This document shows positions 9,701-18,640 of a stretch of DNA of 64,000 bases, piece by piece. Location of the stretch: positions 6,094 to 70,093 of IMG/VR virus record IMGVR_UViG_3300034082_002865; one strand, 5' to 3'. Source of the stretch: a virus. Under the pieces are notes generated by a model. The model ran no database searches and was not told the origin of the DNA. It worked only from the letters and a program-made list of their open reading frames with translations. The position numbers were made by a program, and so were the translations under genes. Numbering within the stretch: the first letter of the stretch is position 1; every line of letters starts with the position of its first letter.

Positions 9701-12700
9701 AGCCGGTGTAGCCAAATGAGCCGGTGTAGCCAAATGAGCCGGTGTAGCCAAAGCTACCTGCATAGCCATCACTGCCAGTGTAGCCGCGACTACCTGTAAA
9801 GCCTGCATTACCTGTTCTAATAAATTCAACAACAATTTGATCGTTGTTTAGACCATAGACACCAGAGGCATATGTTACAGTTAATGTATAATAAGTGGAC
9901 TGGTTAAGAATAGCAGTTATATTCCATGCACTAAACACATTGGAAGTAGAACTATTGTTTTTAATTAATAGCTGGCCCTTAATTGCATTTGTGCTATCAT
10001 CCCACTGGTTGATATAGTTGCCGTGACCTATGCCATTTACATCGTTAACGTTAATATAGATCGCAGTTACGTTTGCAATAGTTGCATTGTTTGTTCTTAA
10101 ACTGCCTGAAGTACCAATGCCAGGTGTTCTAGTAGTATCGTAGTAATAGCGTAAGCCGCCTTTATCAGCACTACTACCAGTATAACCGAGGGCAGCAAAT
10201 GCACCAGAACTGCCAGTAAATCCAAAGCTACCAACAATTCCGGATGACCCTACAAAACCAACACTTCCGGCAAAGCCAGCGCCTTCACTGCCAGTAAATC
10301 CAAAGCTACCCACAACGCCCTGCGACCCTACAAATCCCTCACTTCCAGCAAAGCCTGCACCTGCACTGCCGGTGTAGCCAAATTCTCCCAAGCTACCGGC
10401 ATAACCAGCACTACCACCGAATCCAATTGCAGCAAATGCACCCGAACTGCCTGTATATCCGTCAACTCCTATAATTCCAGCTTGACCACTGCTACCTGTA
10501 AAACCTGCTCCTTGACTACCGGTATAAGCACGACTACCGGTATATCCTTCGCTGCCAGTGGATCCTGTACTACCAACATACCCAGAGCTACCAGTATAAG
10601 CACGACTACCGGTATATCCTTCGCTGCCAGTGAATCCTGTACTACCAATATATCCTTCACTGCCACTATAACCAGAGCTACCACTGTAACCAACGCTACC
10701 GGTATATCCGTCACTACCAATATATCCTTCACTGCCACTATAACCAGAGCTACCACTGTAACCAAAGCTACCAGTATAGGCACGACTACCAGTGTAACCA
10801 AAACTACCAACAGCTCCTGTATTTCCTTGAGGACCTTTAATGTTTCCGCCGTTTTGCCAAACATCGCCAGTCCAGATCCATATGTTACCGTCTTCAGTAA
10901 GATAGCTATCGCCAGTAGCACCTGTATAAGAATCTGGATATCCAGGAAGAGCAGTAGATGTAGAAACTTGTCCTAATATAGTAATAGATGTACCATCTTT
11001 ACCGACAGATCCAACAAATCCAGTGTCTCCTTGAACTCCGCCACTTCCTGTAAACCCGTCACTACCTGTAAAGCCAATGCTACCTGTAAAGCCAACACTG
11101 CCTACAAAACCTCTACTGCCCAAGAACCCACGGCTACCGCTAAAGCCGATACTGCCAGTATAGCCTTCACTGCCAATAAAACCTTCACTGCCAGTGTAGC
11201 TCTGTGAACCAGTAAAGCCAATGCTACCAGTAAAGCCAATGCTACCAGTAAAGCCAACACTGCCTACAAAACCTCTACTGCCCAAGAACCCACGGCTACC
11301 GCTAAAGCCAATACTGCCAGTATAGCCTTCACTGCCAGTAAAGCCCTCACTGCCAGTAAAACCAACACCGATACTACCAGTAAAGCCGACGCTACCTACA
11401 TATCCGTCACTACCAGTATAACCACGACTACCTGTAAAACCTGTACTACCAGTCCATCCTAGAGCAGCAAATGCACCCGGAATACCTTGACTACCTATAA
11501 ATCCTGTTATACCTTGGCTTCCAGTAAATCCGACACTGCCTATATAGCCTTCGCTTCCTACAAATCCGCGACTGCCAGCAAACCCTGCACTACCAGTAAA
11601 CGCTCTACTACCTGTAAAGCCGACGCTACCTGTGTAGCCAACACTACCAGTAAAACTTTGTGACCCAGCGTAACCACGAACTCCAATACTTCCGCTGTAA
11701 CCAATTGAACCTTGGCAACCTGTGTAGCCAACACTACCAGTGAAACTTTGTGAGCCAACATATCCAATTGATCCTGCATATCCTATTTCGCCCTGGCTAC
11801 CGGTGTAGCCAACGCTGCCAATAAAGCCGGCGCCGGCACTACCTGCAAAACCTAGGCTACCGGTGTAGCCCGAACTTCCAGCAAATCCCCTCGATCCAAC
11901 GAATCCAGAGCTGCCACTAAAACCAATGCTACCTGTGTATGCTTGACTACCAACATAGCCAACACTACCAGTAAAACTTTGTGATCCAGTATATCCGCCA
12001 CCAGTACTTCCTGTATAGCCCTGAGTACCAGTATAACCTACAGATCCAGTGAAACTTTGTGATCCAGTATATCCGCCGCCGGTACTTCCTGTATAGCCCT
12101 GAGTACCAGTATAACCTACAGATCCAGTGAAACTTTGTGATCCTACATATCCAATGCTTCCAGTAAATCCAATAGAACCGTCATATCCTTTGCTGCCGAC
12201 AAATCCTCGAGACCCAACGAATCCGGAGCTGCCGGTAAAGCCGATGCTACCAGTAAAGCCAATGCTACCAGTAAAGCCGACGCTGCCAATAAAACCTCGA
12301 GATCCTGTAAAACTTTGCGATCCAGTGTAGCCAATACTTCCTGTAAACCCAATGCTACCAGTATAACCAACACTACCAGTATAACTTTGACTACCTGTGT
12401 AACCTATTAGCCCTCTACTACCGCTAAAGCCAATACTGCCGGTATAGCCTTCGCTGCCAATAAAACCTGCTCCTTGACTACCGGTAAAGCCAATGCTTCC
12501 TGTATATCCAATACTGCCAACAAATCCTTTTGATCCAATGAATCCTCTTGACCCAACATATCCAGCAGATCCTGTAAAACCAATACTGCCAGTATAACCT
12601 TCACTACCTATGTAGCCTGTGCTACCAGTATAGCTTTGTGATCCAGTGTAGCCAATACTTCCTGTAAAACCAATACTGCCGGTGTAACCTTCACTACCTA

Positions 12701-15700
12701 TGTAGCCTGTACTACCGGTATAGCTCTGTGAGCCAGTGTAGCCGATGCTACCAGTATAACCAAAGCTGCCAGTGAAACTTTGAGATCCAGTGTATCCAGC
12801 ACTTCCACTAAATCCGATCGATCCCACGTAGCCTTCACTGCCTACAAACCCGCGACTACCAGCAAAACCTCTAGAACCAGTATAACCAAAGCTACCTATA
12901 TAACCTTCACTGCCGGTATATCCAAAACTTCCAGCATAACCAGCACTGCCACCAAATCCAATTGCAGCAAATGCACCTGAACTACCGGTGAATCCAAATG
13001 ACCCAGTATATCCTTGACTACCAGTGAAACTTTGTGACCCGGTGTAGCCTGCACTACCCGAATATCCCTGACTACCAGTATAGCCGATGCTACCAGTATA
13101 ACCTTCACTTCCGATGTAACCTGTACTGCCCGCAAAACCCCTACTACCTAGGAATCCTTGACTACCAGTGAATGCTTGACTACCAGTGAATCCAAAGCGT
13201 CCTTCACTGCCTATAAAACTAGTCTCACCCCTGCTACCAGTGTAACCAAGTGATCCACTGTAGCCAACACTACCGGCAAAGCCAACACTACCGGCAAAGC
13301 CTTTGCTTCCGGAGTATCCTTGACTACCTACATAGGCTTTACTGCCAGTATAACCTAATTCGCCCACGCTTCCCGAATAACCTGTTATTCTTCCAACGTC
13401 GATCCAGTCAGTTCCGTCCCATACAAATAATTTTCCTGAATCTGCAACAATTAAACCGTCACCGTCTTGTCCAAGATATGGAACTGGAAGTGCAGTATCA
13501 GTAGGTACAGTTCCGATAACTTGTAATCCTGTACCTTGATCACCTTTGGCGCCTTGACTACCTGTGTAGCCTAAGCTACCTCTCGATCCTACAAAGCCTT
13601 CACTTCCTACAAAGCCTTCACTGCCAGTATATCCAATACTACCGGAGAAACCAAGACTACCAATAAATCCTTTACTACCTGTAAATCCTGCGCCACGACT
13701 ACCAGTATAACCGATACTGCCGCCGTAGCCCTTACCAGATGTTCCGGTCACTGCTTGGAAAACATTTAATTGGAAAGTAGCTGACTTAGTCTGCGGAATC
13801 GCATCTGTAACTGTTATAGTAAATGTTAACGGTGCGCTAGTTAGCAGTAATGGAGTACCAGAAATGTATCCAGTTGCATTATTAAAACTCAATCCTAGCG
13901 GTAATGCATTGACAGAAGTATCTAATGTATATGTGTAATTTGAGGAAGGTGTTGTATAACCTCCACTCACTGCTACAGGTAGAATTTGATCAAATTGATT
14001 TTGCGTAAAGTTAACAGGATTAACTGGAACTGTTACCGACAACTCAGGAGGTGCGTTTGTACCAATTGTTAAAATAAATGACGATGTAGATTCTTGTCCA
14101 ATGCCATCTGTTACTTTAACAATGTAGGTAGTTGATATACTTGGATCAGTAGGAGTTCCTTCTACCTCGCCAGTAAATGCATCATACACTACAGTATTAG
14201 GTAGCGTAGGAGGAATTAATGTGTAAGTTAATACCCCAGATCCATCAGACGCAAGTACTGGAATAATAGATGTTGTGATAGCAGCGTATCGAGTTAATAC
14301 TACTTCAGCCTGTTGTACTGTTAATGTAATAGGCTTTGGAAATATTACTACGGTAACTGCTGTGCTAGTTGATTGCGGTACGGCAGCACTGTCAGTAACT
14401 GTAATTGTATAAGTTGCTGTGCTAGAAATTACTGTAGGAGTTCCGGCAATAAAACCAGTTGCTGCATTTAGACCTAAACTCAATGGCAATGCTGGCGAAA
14501 CAGAATACGTTAGTGCTCCAGTGCCGCCGCTACCTTCAAAAGGTCTAATCAGTGTAGCAGGTACACCAATTGTATAAACTAGCGAACTTGTATTAACTAC
14601 GGCAACTAATGGTGCTGGCGGATTAATACCGATACTAATTGACGTGCTGGTTGTTTGTACAACTCCACCGCTGTCAGTTATAGTAACTGTGTACGAAGCA
14701 GTGGTTAATGTAGCAGTAGGGGTACCGGCTAGTATACCTGATGCACTATAAGTTAACCCGGTGCCAGTTAGTAATGGTGCAATTCCAAATACGTAAGGAG
14801 TAACTCCCCCTGCCGCAGTTACTGGCTGTATTGCTGTAAATGATTTATATTGGGTGAATACATTGTTAGCACTAACCACAGTAGCAGTTAACGGAGGATC
14901 AATTACTGTTAATGTAAATGTTTGTGTGCTCTTTTGACCAACTGCATCAGTTGCAGTTATATTAAATGGCGCAGCAGTCTGTATTACCTGTGCAATACCA
15001 GTAATAAATCCGTTAGTTGCGCTAATGCTTAATCCGTTAGGCAACGGCGGACTAATTGAAAATGCTATATTTCCAAATCCACCAGTGGCGCTCACAGGGG
15101 CAACATTGGCAGTATCTATTAATCTTGTTAGCGCAACAGTAGGAGTATCTAATACAGTTGTTAAGGAAGGAAGATCTACAACATTCAAGTTAAATGTAGC
15201 AGTGCTTCTAAAATTCCAAAAATCTCGTACAGTAATACTATATGTAGTTGTACTTAGAACAGCAGTTGCAATACCACTAACAAAACCTGTACTTGTACTA
15301 AAAATTAAATTTCCAGGTAATGCAGGATCAATTAGATAGCTAATTGGACTATAACCATTACTTCCATCTACTGGCTTAAACGGTACGGCATTAACAGACC
15401 TAGTCAGTGTTCTTGACGGAATTCTCAACGTAGCAGTTACCGGTGCAGGAGGTACATTCAAACTGAACGTTGTAGTTGTAACCTGTTCTGCTTGATCTCT
15501 AATGGTAACAGTGTAGGTAGTAGCTGTAGTACTGTTAACGCTCGCACTGCCTCCCAACACACCTGCATTAAATGTTAGCGCACCCGGAAAAGCTGCTGGT
15601 ACTACAGTATAACTCAATGTACCGTATCCGCCGCCTGCGGTAAAAATTGTAACAGGAGCAAATGGCACACTTTGCGGCAATACTACTACGTTGGTACCAG

Positions 15701-18611
15701 TGATTAATGTAATAGGAGCAGGATCGTCAATCTGCAGGTCAAAAGTTTCTTGAGAAAGCGCATCAGGCTCGTAACCAAACTTACTTCTACTATCGTATAC
15801 TGTAACAATGTAGGTTGCGTTACCTTGAGAAGTTCTAGGAATACCACTTAATTGGCCAGTTGATGTATTGTAGGTTAAGTCAGCTGGTAACAGAGTATCT
15901 AATGTATAGCGTAATGGTGGTACACCATAATCTGCCAAGACAGGAGTAAAGTCCGCAGCTACATTCTTTGTTAGTAACTCACCCGATGTTGTTTTAGTTA
16001 ACTCAATATCTCTAATGCCAGAAATATGAAGTGAGAAAGTTCCAGTACTTCGTTGTGCAGGGATTGTTTGGTCACTTACAGTAACACTAAATGTAGAAGT
16101 GTTAAATGAAGATGTTGTGTTACCGACAATTTGGCCAGTGGATGTACTGAATAGTAAATTACCAGGCAATGGTGGACTAATACTATAACTTAACAATCCT
16201 TTGCCACTGCTGCCGCTAACTGGACTATAAGAATAAGGACCTCCATACTGAACTAAACTTAGTGCAGCATTATTAATAGTAATAACAATTGGAGGTGGGG
16301 GTGGTGTATTCTGTACAAATAATGTAAAAGATCGTGTACTTGTAGAACCAACTGAATCAGTTATCAGTACATTATATGTAGTTGTGGATAATAAATCAGT
16401 AGCAGTACCGAATAATGTACCAGTACTGGTAAATGTTAGTCCTGCTGGCGGAGGAATACTAGGCGTAACAGAATATGCAAAAGGCCCAATACCTCCAGAC
16501 GACACAGTTACTGGTCTAAGATAATTGGCAAATGTTGTATCTTTTATTAATACAACAGACGGTATACTCTGTGCAGTAACAATCGGAGGATAAACAATAG
16601 AAAGTAAGAATGAACTAGCAGTTGTTTGTCCCAGTGTATCAGAAGCGGTAACTGTAAATGATGTTGGCGATGTTAGTGTTAACGGTACTCCGCTAAATGC
16701 GCCAGTGCTGGTTGAAAATGTTAGTGCATTTGGTAACGTAGGACTGACACTATATGATACGCTACCAAAGCCGCCTGTAGTTTTAACTGGCTGTATTGCA
16801 GTTGTTACAGGAATATTGTATGTTAATATCTGCGGAGCAACTACTGTTGATACTGATAAAGCAGGTGGTAAGTTGATTGTTAAATCAAATTGTGTAGAAC
16901 TAGATGCACCAATTTGATCAAATGCAGTTACAGTATAGAACGTCTTTGAAATATTAGATGTAGGTGTTCCAGAAATAGTGCCAGTGGTGCTAAAAGATAG
17001 ACCAGTAGTACTAATGTCAGGAGTTATTGTGTAAACTAAACTTCCAAACCCGCCAGATCCGTTAACTGGCCTAAATGTAGATACTGCAACGCCTTTAGTA
17101 AAAGTGTAGGTGCTAGGCAATACTGCAACAGCTACTACTGGACCAGCATTAATTGTTAAGGCAAAATTCTTAGAGTCTGTTTGTAGTAAAGAATCTGTTA
17201 CACTAACTGTATACTGTTGCGATCCTTGAATTGTAGGGGTACCTGATATCTGCCCATTAGTTGTGTTAAACACTAGTCCTGTAGCAGTTTGTATGTTAGG
17301 AGTAACAGCCCAAGTAACTGATCCAAACCCAGTTGCAGTAGATATTATAGTTACTGGATTAAATGCAGTAATTGCAGAATTTACACTTAATAGAAAAGTT
17401 GTTGTTGTCTGTTGTAACAACAATGCTGGAATAGGATTAACCGTTAGGTTAAATGTCTTAGAAGAAGTCCCGGGTGTAGGAGTAGCATTATCTGTTACAG
17501 TAACAGTAACAGGTACTGCTGTAGCAGCTACACTAGCAGACCCTGAAATAAAACCCGTTGCTACATTAAACACTAAACCTGCTGGCAAACCTGTTTGACT
17601 ATATACATAAGGAGTTACGCCGCCAGACGGTGTAACAGGCCTAAATGCGGTAAATGGTTGTCCTACAAATAATGTAGGTATAGTTCCTACTACCGTGCCT
17701 AAAGGTGCAACTACTGTTCCCGGTGCGATAGCGATAGAATACGATTGTGCTCCAGTTTTCGGTGGAGGAAAACTGTCCGCTACCGCTATGGTAAAACTTG
17801 CAGTTCCTTGAGGCCCAGATGGTGTGCCACTAATAACGCCAGTTGTAGAATTTAATGTTAATCCGTTTGGTAAAGTTCCAGTTTGTAAACTAAAGGTAAA
17901 CGGAGCAGTTCCTGTTCCAGCATTTACTGAAATAGTTGTAGTATAAGCAACACCTACGGTTCCGCCTGGTCGAGCAGCAGATGTCAATACCGGAGGAGTT
18001 GCAACAACCACAGGCGTACCAGTTGCGGTTACTTCTAAATTAAATGTACTAGTCTTGGAAGTACCGGCTTGGTCTGTTACAGTAACAGTATACGGGGTAA
18101 GAGGCGATGCTGTTGTAGGTGTTCCACTTAATCCATAGGTTACACTATTGTGTAGCCATGGACCAGTTCCATCTGTAGCATTCGCTGATTTAATTGCAGG
18201 TGTTCCTACTAATGTCAATCCTGTAGGCAACGGAGGAACAACATTCATATTGTAAATAGGAGTAGTTCCGCCATTGGTTGCACTGGTTCCACCAGTAGGA
18301 TATATGGCAGTTCCACCGTAAAATTCAACTATACCCTGCGAAGTTACATTATTAACAACTAAAGAAACTGAAGGTGCTAATGCAATTGATATGATCTCTG
18401 GAATTCCTGGGGCAATTGCAGTGTTTACATTACGAGGATAAGGTCCCGAAGCAGGTTTCGACCACGACAGTTTGCCGGCCTGAATACCAGTACCGGCAGC
18501 ACATCGAAACTGAGAGCCCGTTGATGTAACATACCAATTACCCGGTCTGTATTGAAAAGCTAGAGCACCGGGCTGTTGAGCGGGATAAATGGAGTAAAAA
18601 ATTGCTGGCAC
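6774..18611 (-). CDS. Giant (3945 aa) fibre/adhesin: ~16 putative Ig (He_PIG-like) repeats plus a long collagen-like region
   Basis: 16 repeats of the type LP.GL.F...TG.I.GTP....Y.VTV.D in the N-terminal ~1620 aa, followed by ~2200 aa of Gly-X-Y tracts with interspersed globular domains; GTG start. Confidence 0.8.
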   Translation of the reverse strand: MPAIFYSIYPAQQPGALAFQYRPGNWYVTSTGSQFRCAAGTGIQAGKLSWSKPASGPYPRNVNTAIAPGIPEIISIALAPSVSLVVNNVTSQGIVEFYGGTAIYPTGGTSATNGGTTPIYNMNVVPPLPTGLTLVGTPAIKSANATDGTGPWLHNSVTYGLSGTPTTASPLTPYTVTVTDQAGTSKTSTFNLEVTATGTPVVVATPPVLTSAARPGGTVGVAYTTTISVNAGTGTAPFTFSLQTGTLPNGLTLNSTTGVISGTPSGPQGTASFTIAVADSFPPPKTGAQSYSIAIAPGTVVAPLGTVVGTIPTLFVGQPFTAFRPVTPSGGVTPYVYSQTGLPAGLVFNVATGFISGSASVAATAVPVTVTVTDNATPTPGTSSKTFNLTVNPIPALLLQQTTTTFLLSVNSAITAFNPVTIISTATGFGSVTWAVTPNIQTATGLVFNTTNGQISGTPTIQGSQQYTVSVTDSLLQTDSKNFALTINAGPVVAVAVLPSTYTFTKGVAVSTFRPVNGSGGFGSLVYTITPDISTTGLSFSTTGTISGTPTSNISKTFYTVTAFDQIGASSSTQFDLTINLPPALSVSTVVAPQILTYNIPVTTAIQPVKTTGGFGSVSYSVSPTLPNALTFSTSTGAFSGVPLTLTSPTSFTVTASDTLGQTTASSFLLSIVYPPIVTAQSIPSVVLIKDTTFANYLRPVTVSSGGIGPFAYSVTPSIPPPAGLTFTSTGTLFGTATDLLSTTTYNVLITDSVGSTSTRSFTLFVQNTPPPPPIVITINNAALSLVQYGGPYSYSPVSGSSGKGLLSYSISPPLPGNLLFSTSTGQIVGNTTSSFNTSTFSVTVSDQTIPAQRSTGTFSLHISGIRDIELTKTTSGELLTKNVAADFTPVLADYGVPPLRYTLDTLLPADLTYNTSTGQLSGIPRTSQGNATYIVTVYDSRSKFGYEPDALSQETFDLQIDDPAPITLITGTNVVVLPQSVPFAPVTIFTAGGGYGTLSYTVVPAAFPGALTFNAGVLGGSASVNSTTATTYTVTIRDQAEQVTTTTFSLNVPPAPVTATLRIPSRTLTRSVNAVPFKPVDGSNGYSPISYLIDPALPGNLIFSTSTGFVSGIATAVLSTTTYSITVRDFWNFRSTATFNLNVVDLPSLTTVLDTPTVALTRLIDTANVAPVSATGGFGNIAFSISPPLPNGLSISATNGFITGIAQVIQTAAPFNITATDAVGQKSTQTFTLTVIDPPLTATVVSANNVFTQYKSFTAIQPVTAAGGVTPYVFGIAPLLTGTGLTYSASGILAGTPTATLTTASYTVTITDSGGVVQTTSTSISIGINPPAPLVAVVNTSSLVYTIGVPATLIRPFEGSGGTGALTYSVSPALPLSLGLNAATGFIAGTPTVISSTATYTITVTDSAAVPQSTSTAVTVVIFPKPITLTVQQAEVVLTRYAAITTSIIPVLASDGSGVLTYTLIPPTLPNTVVYDAFTGEVEGTPTDPSISTTYIVKVTDGIGQESTSSFILTIGTNAPPELSVTVPVNPVNFTQNQFDQILPVAVSGGYTTPSSNYTYTLDTSVNALPLGLSFNNATGYISGTPLLLTSAPLTFTITVTDAIPQTKSATFQLNVFQAVTGTSGKGYGGSIGYTGSRGAGFTGSKGFIGSLGFSGSIGYTGSEGFVGSEGFVGSRGSLGYTGSQGAKGDQGTGLQVIGTVPTDTALPVPYLGQDGDGLIVADSGKLFVWDGTDWIDVGRITGYSGSVGELGYTGSKAYVGSQGYSGSKGFAGSVGFAGSVGYSGSLGYTGSRGETSFIGSEGRFGFTGSQAFTGSQGFLGSRGFAGSTGYIGSEGYTGSIGYTGSQGYSGSAGYTGSQSFTGSQGYTGSFGFTGSSGAFAAIGFGGSAGYAGSFGYTGSEGYIGSFGYTGSRGFAGSRGFVGSEGYVGSIGFSGSAGYTGSQSFTGSFGYTGSIGYTGSQSYTGSTGYIGSEGYTGSIGFTGSIGYTGSQSYTGSTGYIGSEGYTGSIGFTGSAGYVGSRGFIGSKGFVGSIGYTGSIGFTGSQGAGFIGSEGYTGSIGFSGSRGLIGYTGSQSYTGSVGYTGSIGFTGSIGYTGSQSFTGSRGFIGSVGFTGSIGFTGSIGFTGSSGFVGSRGFVGSKGYDGSIGFTGSIGYVGSQSFTGSVGYTGTQGYTGSTGGGYTGSQSFTGSVGYTGTQGYTGSTGGGYTGSQSFTGSVGYVGSQAYTGSIGFSGSSGFVGSRGFAGSSGYTGSLGFAGSAGAGFIGSVGYTGSQGEIGYAGSIGYVGSQSFTGSVGYTGCQGSIGYSGSIGVRGYAGSQSFTGSVGYTGSVGFTGSRAFTGSAGFAGSRGFVGSEGYIGSVGFTGSQGITGFIGSQGIPGAFAALGWTGSTGFTGSRGYTGSDGYVGSVGFTGSIGVGFTGSEGFTGSEGYTGSIGFSGSRGFLGSRGFVGSVGFTGSIGFTGSIGFTGSQSYTGSEGFIGSEGYTGSIGFSGSRGFLGSRGFVGSVGFTGSIGFTGSDGFTGSGGVQGDTGFVGSVGKDGTSITILGQVSTSTALPGYPDSYTGATGDSYLTEDGNIWIWTGDVWQNGGNIKGPQGNTGAVGSFGYTGSRAYTGSFGYSGSSGYSGSEGYIGSDGYTGSVGYSGSSGYSGSEGYIGSTGFTGSEGYTGSRAYTGSSGYVGSTGSTGSEGYTGSRAYTGSQGAGFTGSSGQAGIIGVDGYTGSSGAFAAIGFGGSAGYAGSLGEFGYTGSAGAGFAGSEGFVGSQGVVGSFGFTGSEGAGFAGSVGFVGSSGIVGSFGFTGSSGAFAALGYTGSSADKGGLRYYYDTTRTPGIGTSGSLRTNNATIANVTAIYINVNDVNGIGHGNYINQWDDSTNAIKGQLLIKNNSSTSNVFSAWNITAILNQSTYYTLTVTYASGVYGLNNDQIVVEFIRTGNAGFTGSRGYTGSDGYAGSFGYTGSFGYTGSFGYTGSFGYTGSFGYSGSEGYVGSFGYTGSFGYTGSRGYTGSDGYAGSFGYTGSFGYTGSFGYTGSFGYTGSFGYSGSFGYTGSFGYSGSFGYTGSQGYTGSSGYSGSFGYTGSQGYTGSRGYSGSEGYAGSFGYTGSFGYTGSRGYSGSEGYAGSFGYTGSFGYTGSQGYTGSRGYSGSEGYAGSFGYTGSFGYTGSQGYTGSQGYSGSEGYAGSFGYTGSQGYTGSQGYSGSEGYVGSFGYTGSFGYTGSIGYTGSQGPKGEDGQFGGASFYYIFESDPYVDTVPNGYVRLESTTTTASTFIALADTDRFSTNIASFIQTVDDSTSDIKGYIKLTEEANSNNFAIFAITGTHFIHDDHFHIPISYVSGATSVPATDTNVIVSFVVNGDKGDRGYTGSFGYSGSFGYSGSRGYTGSEGYVGSFGYTGSFGYTGSRGYTGSEGYVGSFGYTGSFGYTGSRGYTGSEGYVGSRGYIGSFGYTGSFGYSGSFGYTGSFGYSGSFGYTGSRAYTGSEGFTGSEGYVGSEGFTGSRGTFAGIGFLYNFSTETTAINPGQGFLGWNSAFVDTANELYISDTDINNVSGYLDGFLASIANSTNPQKGYIKITHADIPTTYIMLSINGSLTDNTDFFTIPIQWISGYGDNWLVDWPILISIERTGDLGYSGSFGYSGSFGYSGSFGYTGSQSFTGSRGYNGSFGYSGSFGYTGSFGYTGSFGYTGSFGYTGSQGYTGSSGYTGSSGYTGSFGYTGSQSFTGSFGYTGSFGYTGSTGAGWTGSFGFIGSRGFSGSKGESSFTYGTTAPVSPVIGDRWFDSDLGLEYVYTNDGDTNQWVEVAAGGGFLGPIGYSGSAGDVLAQGAIGFTGSAGFSDFMSIALSDEYSPLTVGTAVTFRAPYALTLTQLPRASLTTAGGSVVTIDIRRNGFAVLGNKLTVDAGETTSVTAATPATLVGPTFADDDEFTLGIETIGAGATGAKVTIYYRKL

Positions 18612-18640
18612 GGTTTATTTATTTTTTTAATTTTTATGTA

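Noticed and set aside
7400-9800. Dense 18-bp direct repeats resembling a CRISPR array or VNTR
   Set aside because: No constant repeat with unique spacers; the variation is largely synonymous within an open frame, and there are no cas genes.
7379-13504. Many alternative-frame ORFs with periodic sequences (LVVLAT.., HCHCN.., CSQMSR..)
   Set aside because: Shadow frames of the 18-bp-periodic collagen-coding DNA; the His/Cys-rich ones are not real precursor peptides.
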